This document shows positions 13,389 to 20,962 of a DNA stretch of 20,962 nucleotides, in pieces. Position numbers and translations under genes: made by a program. The stretch comes from a bacterium. Lineage in GTDB: Bacteria > Zhuqueibacterota > Zhuqueibacteria > Zhuqueibacterales > Zhuqueibacteraceae. The first letter of the stretch is position 1, and every line of letters starts with the position of its first letter. The notes under the pieces are model-generated. The model did no database searches, was not told where the DNA came from, and saw only the letters and a list, made by a program, of their open reading frames with translations. The stretch lies in assembly GCA_044869275.1 (NCBI GenBank), contig JBIOXB010000227.1:1-20962 (forward strand). The letters are read 5' to 3'.

Positions 13389-14378
13389 TCAAGTCAATAG
13401 CTCTTCCGCAATCCCGAAATACAGATCAACCGCGCGCGCCAGTTCAGATTTGGCAATGCGCTCATGCGGAGTGTGCGCATCGAGAATCGAGCCGGGGCCG
13501 AAAAGCAGCGGCCGGCCCCACTGCGGGAGCAGCGGAATGTCGGTGGTAAATGCCACGATCGTGGTTTCGAAGCCCGGCAACTCCGCCATCATCACCGGTT
13601 CGCAGGCGAACTGGTAATGAATCTCCGCGCGGCCTCGCACCGTTTGCGCGAGCGTGTCTTTGATCACGCCGGCGGCGGTGACGGTTCTGAACATCAATTC
13701 GGCTTTGGCAAAATCCGGAATGACGTTGGCTTGCCCCCCGCCGGCAATCGTGCCTATGTTGCAGGTCGTTTCGCCGAGCACGGGATGCGCCGGCAGAGCA
13801 AGCGCGCGAATGTCGCTGAGCACTTCCAGCAGCTTCACAATGGCGGATTCACCCTGGTGCGGATAGGCCGAATGCGCGGCCCGTCCGTGCGCCACGATTT
13901 CCGCGCGCAGCGCGCCTTTGGAGCCGAGCGCCAGTTTGTTTTCCGTGGGTTCGCCATTGATCAAAAAGCGGCATTGATTCGGAATGGTATTGGCGGCAGT
14001 TGCGCCCTCGCTGCCATGCTCTTCTCCAACGACAAACAGCAGGCCAAAGTTTCTCACGCCCGCGAGGCGCAGCCTTTCCGCAGCTTTGACTTGCGCCGCG
14101 AGGATGCCTTTGGCGTCGCACGCGCCGCGGCCATACATGAACGCTTCGTCCTGATGAAAAGGCAATAGCGGCAGGACCGTGTCGGTATGTGTGGACATCA
14201 CCACCAGAGGCTCGCCCACGCGCGCAAAAATATTGGCGCGCCCGCGCGTGACTTCCTGCAATTGCACTTCGAAGCCCGCGGTCTCGAGATAATCGTGCAG
14301 GAAAGCGACGACAGCCTGTTCCTCCCCGGTGGGCGAAGGGATCTGGATCAGCGCCGCGGTGAGATCAAATATTTCCAT
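13389..14378 (-). CDS. M20-family metallohydrolase (ArgE/DapE/LysK type); probably succinyl-diaminopimelate desuccinylase by context
   Basis: Metal and catalytic motifs STHTDTV, GRGACDAKG and VVGEEHGSEG, plus a lid domain (SKGALRAEIVAHGRAAHSAYP). The DapE role is inferred from the neighbouring dapD, lysC and asd. Confidence 0.8.
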   Translation of the reverse strand: MEIFDLTAALIQIPSPTGEEQAVVAFLHDYLETAGFEVQLQEVTRGRANIFARVGEPLVVMSTHTDTVLPLLPFHQDEAFMYGRGACDAKGILAAQVKAAERLRLAGVRNFGLLFVVGEEHGSEGATAANTIPNQCRFLINGEPTENKLALGSKGALRAEIVAHGRAAHSAYPHQGESAIVKLLEVLSDIRALALPAHPVLGETTCNIGTIAGGGQANVIPDFAKAELMFRTVTAAGVIKDTLAQTVRGRAEIHYQFACEPVMMAELPGFETTIVAFTTDIPLLPQWGRPLLFGPGSILDAHTPHERIAKSELARAVDLYFGIAEELLT

Positions 14379-14380
14379 GC

Positions 14381-15262
14381 TTAGATCACAGCATCTGCTG
14401 CGGCAAAAGCCCGCGCCAAAGCGCGTTCAGTCAAAACCTTGGCCAGATGCCGGCGAAAGGAGGCAGTGGCATGAATATCGTTGCCGGGGTCGATATCTTC
14501 CTGCGCCGCAATTTTTGCCGCTTCTTGCGTCGCTGGCGGCGCGGGCTTCCGGCCCAGCAAGAATTGCCCTGCTTGTGTCGCGAGCACGGGCCCGTCGCCG
14601 ACGCTCAACAAAGCAATGCGAGCCTTGCTGCACAAGCCATTTTCATCCAGCGTGACCACCACCGCAACTCCGACCAAGGCGTAATCGCCGTGGCGGCGTG
14701 CGATTTCTTCAAACGCCCAGCCGGCACGCAGCGGCAGGGCCGGAACCCTGATCTCGGTGAGCAATTCTTCCGGTGCCAGCGCCGTGGCAAACATGCCAAC
14801 AAAAAAATCTTGCGCCGAAACCCAGCGTGCATTGTTTTGGCTTTGCAAACAGAATTCGCCTTCCAATGCCAGCATCGCCGCCGGCAATTCCGCCGCCGGA
14901 TCGGCGTGCGCCAGGCTGCCCCCGATGGTACCGCGATTGCGAATCTGCACGTGCGCGACAAACGGCAGAGTTTCGCAGAGCAGCGCGGCAGATTGGCGCA
15001 CGAGCGCGTGGGTCTCGATCTCCCGCTGGCGCGCCATGGCGCCCAGGCGCAGGCTGTTCCGCTCGCCCGCTGCCACAAAAGCAAGCGCCGGGATGCGATT
15101 GACATCGATGAGAACGCCCGGTTGGGCAATGCGAAAATTCATTGCCGGAATCAAGCTTTGGCCGCCCGCGAGGATTTTTGCTTCGTCCCCGTGGCTTACG
15201 AGCAGGGCCAGGGCTTCTTCTAATGAAGCGGGAGCGTGATACTTAAAAGGCGCAGGTTTCAT
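14381..15262 (-). CDS. FAD-binding (medium, CoxM/CutM-like) subunit of a xanthine dehydrogenase-family molybdenum hydroxylase
   Basis: MKPAPFKYHAPASLEEALALL and ILAGGQSLIPAMNFR (PCMH-type FAD-binding signature). I prefer ATG 15262; an alternative ATG at 15307 adds 15 codons. Only 2 nt separate its stop codon from the start of the M20 gene. Confidence 0.85.
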   Translation of the reverse strand: MKPAPFKYHAPASLEEALALLVSHGDEAKILAGGQSLIPAMNFRIAQPGVLIDVNRIPALAFVAAGERNSLRLGAMARQREIETHALVRQSAALLCETLPFVAHVQIRNRGTIGGSLAHADPAAELPAAMLALEGEFCLQSQNNARWVSAQDFFVGMFATALAPEELLTEIRVPALPLRAGWAFEEIARRHGDYALVGVAVVVTLDENGLCSKARIALLSVGDGPVLATQAGQFLLGRKPAPPATQEAAKIAAQEDIDPGNDIHATASFRRHLAKVLTERALARAFAAADAVI

Positions 15263-15430
15263 AACGCTTGGTCCAGGTGCTTTCCGTGCAACGCCCACAT
15301 TTGCCATTTAACCGGATGCTGGTGAAGCTCAATCACCGCATTCAAATCCATCAAAATTCCAGCACAATGACATTCGGATCTGGTGCGAAGGCGGAATGGC
15401 CAGGGCAACCACCGGGTTATTACGCTTCAT

Positions 15431-15555
15431 GATTCAGCCTGTGTGAAAACTTGGGAAGGCCGCACCCTGAGCTTGTCGAAGGGTGCTTAGATCAAGAATC
15501 AGGCTTCGACAAGCTCAGCCTGCGTTGAAACCAAGCGTTTTCACACAGTCTGATT
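15431..15555. mobile_element. Family-B MITE-like element, copy B4 (same orientation as B3)
   Basis: GATTCAGCCTGTGTGAAAAC ... GTTTTCACACAGTCTGATT. It has the central stem CTGAGCTTGTCGAAG/CTTCGACAAGCTCAG and ends 1 nt from the coxG-like stop codon (15557-15559). Confidence 0.75.
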
Positions 15556-15556
15556 G

Positions 15557-16012
15557 TTACTGTACGCGAAGTCTTTCCTGCAATTCGAGGCTGAGATTTT
15601 CCAAACTTTGTCTGGTCATGCTTTTCCCCACCGAATCCAGCAGCCGCTGCCCGACGACCGCCAGTTTTCCGCCGATTTGCATTTCCGCCTGATACTGCAT
15701 GATCGTTGCCATGGGTCCGTCCTCCACTAGCTGGACGTTCGCATGGCCTTGCACGAATCCCAGCGCGCCCTTCCCTTCGATCTCCATGCGATAGCGTTCC
15801 GGCGCTTGTTTATCGACGACCTTCACCCGCATCGTGAAGGTGCCGTTCATGGGCCCGACGCGGACTTGCGCTTCGCCCTGGTATGTGACTTCATCAATTT
15901 GTTCGAGGGTGCGCGTGCCCGGCAGCGCGCGCGCCAATACCTCGGGATTGAGCAACAGCTCGAAAACGGCCTCGCGCGGGCCGGCGAAAGTAAAGTTGTC
16001 TTCTATTTGCAT
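15557..16012 (-). CDS. SRPBCC-fold CoxG-like protein (151 aa)
   Basis: The length and sequence (MQIEDNFTFAGPREAVFELLLNPEVLARALPG..) are typical of CoxG family proteins found with Mo hydroxylases. Its start overlaps the large-subunit stop by 10 nt. Confidence 0.8.
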   Translation of the reverse strand: MQIEDNFTFAGPREAVFELLLNPEVLARALPGTRTLEQIDEVTYQGEAQVRVGPMNGTFTMRVKVVDKQAPERYRMEIEGKGALGFVQGHANVQLVEDGPMATIMQYQAEMQIGGKLAVVGQRLLDSVGKSMTRQSLENLSLELQERLRVQ

Positions 16013-18369
16013 GGGTTCTGAAGGCTTTTGTGCTGGTCATTTATCAGCAATTCAAACAACCGGTTTGGGCTCAACGGAATCTCACAAATTTCCAGAGGGT
16101 ATTCCGGAAAAGCATCTTCAATCGCCTGCGCGAAGAGAGCGCCGGTGGGAATGGCGCCGGCCTCACCCGCGCCTTTGACGCCCAGTGGGTTGAGCGGTGA
16201 GGGCGTTTCGAAATGCGCGGTGCGCACGCGCGGGATATTGTCGGCCTGCGGCAGCAGGTAATCCATGAAAGAAGCATTCATGAGCTGGCCGTTGTCGTCG
16301 AAAACCAATTGCTCGTAAAAAGCATTCCCAATGCCCTGGGCCACGCCGCCCACGATTTGCCCCTCGAGAATCATGGGATTGAGCACCTTGCCGCAATCAT
16401 GCACCACGACATAGTCGAGAATTTTGATTTCCATGGTCAAGGGATCGACTGCGATCTTCATCGCGTGCACGCCGCTCGCCGTGGTGCCGCGATCGGGGCC
16501 GAAATACGCCGTGGCTTCGAGGCCGGGCTCGGTACCGGGTGCGACCGCCCCGCGCAGGGGATTCGCGCGCAGCGCCAGCTCGCCCAGTGCCATGGAGTTT
16601 TCCACCCTGCTTTCTGCAAACACCCGGCCTTGCGCCAGGACTAATTCCGCGGCCGGAACTTGCAATACCGCGCTTGCCAGTTTAAGAATCTTCTCCCGTA
16701 CCGCCGTGGCGGCGGCGAAACAAGCATTGCCCGCCACCACTGCGCCGCGGCTGGCGAAAGTTCCCGTGCCCCAATGAAAAAGCCGGGTATCGCCCGTGAC
16801 CACCCGCACGTCGCCAGGTTCGACGCCCAATTGCTCCGCGACGATCTGTGCGAACGTGGTATAGTGCCCCTGGCCCTGCGTGCCGACGCCAGTGACCAAG
16901 CTCACTTTACTGTTGGATTCGACCGTGACGCGCGCGCCCTCGTATGGTCCGATGCCCGTGCCTTCGATGTAGGTGACAATGCCGATGCCCACGTGTTTGC
17001 CCTGAGCCTGCAATTGCGGTTTTTCTTCTTTGACAAATTTTTCATAGCCAATCATTTCGGCCGCGCGCGCGAGGGCTGGTGCGTAATTGCCGCTGTCATA
17101 AACCAATGGCCTGAAATCTTGATAGATGATTTCATGATCGTGCGGAAACTCCTCCGGCCGCAAAAGATTCTTTTGGCGAATCTCGAGGCGATCCCGGCCA
17201 AGCTGCCGCGCCGCGATATCCAGCAGCCGTTCCATCACGAACACGCCATGCTGGCGGCCGGCGCCGCGATAAGGCGTCACGATCGGCTTGTTGGTGAAAA
17301 CCGCTTTGAATTCGCTGAAGTAGTTGGGAACGCGATAGCTGCCCAACAAAGTGCATTGGCTGTTGATCGGCACGGTCAGGCCGTAGGGATTGTAAGCGCC
17401 GGTGTCGTGCAAAAAAGAGTCCCGCACGCCGAGAATCTGGCCCTCGCGCGTCAGCGCGATTTCTGCGTCATGGATTTGCCCGCGTTCCTGCGTGGTGGCA
17501 AAAAAATTCTCCTGCCGGTCTTCAATCCATTTGACCGGCCGCTGCAATTGCAGCGCCAGCCAGGGAATGATCAGCTCTTCGGAATAAAACATCATGATCT
17601 TCGGGCCGAAGCCGCCGCCGATGAACGGCGCGATGACGTGCACTTGCGATTCCGCCAGGCCCAGCATCCGCGCCAAGCCATTGCGGATGGGGATGGGGGC
17701 CTGGGTGGTATCCCAAATCGTCATTTGCTGGCTGCGGGCATTCCAGTCCGCGACTATGCCGCGATTTTCCAGTGCCGCCGCGGTGCCGCGGTCATAATGA
17801 AAGCGCCGCTGAATGACGACTTCCGCCTGGCTCTTTGCGACTGCATAATTCCCTTTCTGCTGCACGACATGAGCCGCGAGATTCGACCGCAAATCTTCAT
17901 GAACCCAGGGTGAGGCCGCCGCAACTGCTTTTTCCAAATCGACCACGGCCGTGAGCGGCTCGAACTCGGCATCGATCAATGGCAGCGCATCTTCGGCGAG
18001 ATACCGCGATTCTGCCACGATGACGGCGAGAGGTTCGCCGGCATAGCGAACCTTCTCCTTGGCCAGGGGGTGATGTGTGCGGGCGTGAAAAATCGCCTCT
18101 GGGATGGGCGGCGGCGGAACCAATAAGGGAGCGGGCTGAAAATAATCGCCCAAATCCTCGGCGCCGTAAACCGCAATCACGCCCGGCAAGGCGCGCGCGC
18201 GCGAAAGATTCAAGCTTTGTACGCGGGCATGCGCGTATTCGCAGCGGTAAAAAGCGGCGTGCAACAGGCGCGGCAAATGCACGTCATCGACGAACAACGC
18301 GCGCCCGGTGAGCAGGCGATCATCTTCGAGGCGTTGAACGGGTTTTCCGATATGCTGTGGGGAGGGCAC
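16003..18369 (-). CDS. Molybdopterin-binding large subunit of a xanthine dehydrogenase/aldehyde oxidase-family hydroxylase (788 aa)
   Basis: IGKPVQRLEDDRLLTG at the N-terminus, and GGGFGPK. The active-site loop is TPYRGAGRQ (complement of 17254-17271), not the VAYRCSFR of form I CODH. GTG start at 18369, 5 nt below the small-subunit stop. Confidence 0.9.
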   Translation of the reverse strand: MPSPQHIGKPVQRLEDDRLLTGRALFVDDVHLPRLLHAAFYRCEYAHARVQSLNLSRARALPGVIAVYGAEDLGDYFQPAPLLVPPPPIPEAIFHARTHHPLAKEKVRYAGEPLAVIVAESRYLAEDALPLIDAEFEPLTAVVDLEKAVAAASPWVHEDLRSNLAAHVVQQKGNYAVAKSQAEVVIQRRFHYDRGTAAALENRGIVADWNARSQQMTIWDTTQAPIPIRNGLARMLGLAESQVHVIAPFIGGGFGPKIMMFYSEELIIPWLALQLQRPVKWIEDRQENFFATTQERGQIHDAEIALTREGQILGVRDSFLHDTGAYNPYGLTVPINSQCTLLGSYRVPNYFSEFKAVFTNKPIVTPYRGAGRQHGVFVMERLLDIAARQLGRDRLEIRQKNLLRPEEFPHDHEIIYQDFRPLVYDSGNYAPALARAAEMIGYEKFVKEEKPQLQAQGKHVGIGIVTYIEGTGIGPYEGARVTVESNSKVSLVTGVGTQGQGHYTTFAQIVAEQLGVEPGDVRVVTGDTRLFHWGTGTFASRGAVVAGNACFAAATAVREKILKLASAVLQVPAAELVLAQGRVFAESRVENSMALGELALRANPLRGAVAPGTEPGLEATAYFGPDRGTTASGVHAMKIAVDPLTMEIKILDYVVVHDCGKVLNPMILEGQIVGGVAQGIGNAFYEQLVFDDNGQLMNASFMDYLLPQADNIPRVRTAHFETPSPLNPLGVKGAGEAGAIPTGALFAQAIEDAFPEYPLEICEIPLSPNRLFELLINDQHKSLQNPCK

Positions 18370-18374
18370 GGGGC

Positions 18375-18908
18375 TTAACTCCTTTTCTTGATTTCGGAAG
18401 GATGCTGGAGATCAGATTTTTGCGCTGCGGCGAGAATGGCGTCCACGATGTTCTGATACCCCGTGCACCGACAGAGATTGCCACCCAGCGCCTGACGCAC
18501 TTCTTGCTCGCTGGGATGTGGCTGTTCCCGCAGAAAAGGTATGAGTGTCATGAGAATGCCCGGCGTGCAAAATCCGCATTGCAGTGCGTGAAATTGCTTG
18601 AAAGCGGCCTGCAGCGGATGCAGTTCACCCGGTTCGTACTGGGACAAGGCTTCCACCGTCAGCAGCTCATGCTCGTGCGCTTGCACGGCGAACAGCAGGC
18701 AGGAACGCACGGCGGCGCCGTCGAAAAGCACAGTGCAGGCGCCGCATACACCATGCTCGCAGCCGACATGTGTGCCGGTCAATTCCAGCTCGTGGCGCAA
18801 AAAGTCACTCAGAAGCAGCCGGGGTTCCACCGCGCATTCATAAAGTTTGCCGTTCACTTTGACAGAGATTTTTGCAGGGTCTGGTGTCACCATATTTGAT
18901 TTTTCCAT
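18375..18908 (-). CDS. [2Fe-2S]-binding small subunit (CoxS-like) of the Mo hydroxylase
   Basis: CEHGVCGACTV, QCGFCTPG and CRCTGY cluster motifs. The start is uncertain between ATG 18908 (MEKSNM..) and ATG 18893. The track ORF extension to 19166 translates repeat DNA. Confidence 0.85.
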   Translation of the reverse strand: MEKSNMVTPDPAKISVKVNGKLYECAVEPRLLLSDFLRHELELTGTHVGCEHGVCGACTVLFDGAAVRSCLLFAVQAHEHELLTVEALSQYEPGELHPLQAAFKQFHALQCGFCTPGILMTLIPFLREQPHPSEQEVRQALGGNLCRCTGYQNIVDAILAAAQKSDLQHPSEIKKRS

Positions 18909-18954
18909 TAGTACGTCAACGGCAAGTTCACATTTTGCACTAAAAACCAACACT

Positions 18955-19047
18955 GTCATTCTGAAAGAATCTTCCCATGATACAGTGTCACAGCTCGGTT
19001 TGGCATTGTGCACAGCGCTTGGGAAGATCCCGAAGCTTCGGGATGAC
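18955..19047. repeat. Family-C palindromic unit made of two GTCATYC..GRATC small hairpins
   Basis: GTCATTCTGAAAGAATCTTCCC ... GGGAAGATCCCGAAGCTTCGGGATGAC. It contains an 18-nt perfect palindrome, ATCCCGAAGCTTCGGGAT (19027-19044). The same small-hairpin motif forms the outer ends of the family-B elements. Confidence 0.7.
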
Positions 19048-19173
19048 AAGCCTGGTGGTGGCGTTGACTTAACGTTGTAGTATTCGGCATAGGGCTGACA
19101 AAAACAGTTCCGGCGGCTGAGAAAAATTGCCCTAGCATACAAAGTTTTTTGGGAGATTTCAAGCAAAAGAAGT

Positions 19174-19422
19174 CTAAAACGACAACAAAATCCTGCGCAG
19201 CACAGTGATGGCCAGGAACAGCACGATGGGGCTCAAATCAAGAGCCGTTCCGCCGAGAGCAATCGGTTTGAGCACCGAGCGCAGGGGATTGAGCAAGGGC
19301 ACATAAAACCGGCCCAGCCCGTCTCTAATCCTGGCGGCAGTGGGGTTCTGCACCCATGATAAGATCACATAGGCCAGCAAACCCAAAGCATACAGGTCGA
19401 GCAATTGTGCAATGAGATACAT
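19174..19422 (-). CDS. yggT: YggT-family small membrane protein (82 aa)
   Basis: MYLIAQLLDLYALGLLAYVILSW....LLNPLRSVLKPIALGGTALDLSPIVLFLAI matches the YggT pattern (..LSW.., P.R..P, DLSPIV). ATG 19422 is preceded by GGAGAGGAG. Confidence 0.8.
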   Translation of the reverse strand: MYLIAQLLDLYALGLLAYVILSWVQNPTAARIRDGLGRFYVPLLNPLRSVLKPIALGGTALDLSPIVLFLAITVLRRILLSF

Positions 19423-19686
19423 CGTGCGCTCCTCTCCACAGGATGAGAAACCATTCGGCATCATGACCGCGGTGCAGGCCGCGCGAACCCAAAGATCGCA
19501 ATCGCTCTGCACCATCATAAGCCAATGATAGGCCATTAAAGAAGGGAATTTTTAGTTCATTCGCAACCCTTGTCTTCACGGCCACGGCGGCAACGGGCCG
19601 TCAATCAGCTTGATATTGTCATTTTTTATCTGATTCATGCGAAGTTGTGTTTCCAAAGCACCCATACCAATACGCACGGAGGAGCC

Positions 19687-20811
<1,125 letters not shown>

Positions 20812-20962
20812 CGTGGTTTGAGCCATGCAAAGTTAAGTAAGGGTAATTTTTTTGTTTGCTTTTTTGAGAATATTATCTATATTTACCGTCGTTTTGTTGC
20901 CGCCGAAATAATAAATTGTTCATTCGGGAAAGAGCAGGAGCCGCAAAGCGAAGAAAACCGGG

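Noticed and set aside
2157-15555. CRISPR array interpretation of the recurring repeats
   Set aside because: The repeats are palindromic units dispersed in separate intergenic regions, in both orientations. There are no regularly spaced direct repeats with unique spacers, and no cas genes are present.
14381-18908. Annotation as aerobic carbon monoxide dehydrogenase (coxMSL)
   Set aside because: The large subunit has YRGAGR instead of the form I signature VAYRCSFR, and the gene order is atypical. I call it only a xanthine dehydrogenase-family Mo hydroxylase of unknown substrate.
18909-19166. 86-codon N-terminal extension of the small-subunit track ORF
   Set aside because: It translates the family-C palindromic repeat region. 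[2Fe-2S] small subunits of this family start close to the MEKSNMVTPDPAKISVKVNGK segment.
19600-19645. Sigma-70 promoter candidate for the DegT-family gene: TTGATA, 17 nt spacer, ATTCAT
   Set aside because: The -10 hexamer matches the consensus at only three positions, and there is no independent support. It is too weak to report as a feature.
20812-20962. AT-rich tail after the DegT-family gene (possible promoter or 5' leader of the next gene, or a small RNA)
   Set aside because: No hairpin-plus-T-run terminator, no recognisable RNA motif and no ORF start can be supported in the 150 nt available before the window ends.

Overview
Bacterial chromosomal window, transcribed almost entirely on the minus strand. 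Coding regions look GC-rich; the spacers are AT-rich and packed with repeats.

**Accessory-looking part, about 1-5215**
- An edge-truncated gene for a TIR-NB-ARC-TPR STAND/NLR-like protein (complement <1-2149). It is absent from the supplied ORF track because its frame has no stop inside the window.
- An intact HigA-2/XRE-type antitoxin, next to a decapitated HigB-2/RelE-type toxin remnant and a 31-codon fragment of a second TIR gene.
- A zf-HC2 anti-sigma factor with a TPR ectodomain and an ECF sigma factor, separated by a roughly 500-nt repeat-filled spacer.

**Core metabolism, about 5900-20811**
- A co-linear succinylase-branch diaminopimelate/lysine cluster: M20 hydrolase (dapE-like), lysC, asd, dapB, dapA, dapD and a class I aminotransferase (dapC candidate).
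- Directly upstream, a four-gene molybdenum hydroxylase set in the order small subunit, large subunit, CoxG-like, FAD subunit. The large subunit carries YRGAGR, so it is not a form I CO dehydrogenase.
- Then yggT and a divergent DegT-family sugar aminotransferase.

**Repeats**
- Inverted arrays of CAAAATC-type heptamers forming long AT-rich hairpins (4 loci).
- A roughly 125-150 bp MITE-like palindromic element (4 copies, one truncated), sitting between genes of apparent operons.
- Small GTCATYC...GRATCAG hairpins.
- Other heptanucleotide tandem arrays and a CACGGAT-ended element.

I found no tRNA, rRNA or CRISPR array, and no clearly novel multi-gene system. The best candidate for unexplored biology is the TIR-NB-ARC-TPR islet, followed by the structured repeat families. 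Taxon cannot be assigned from the sequence alone.
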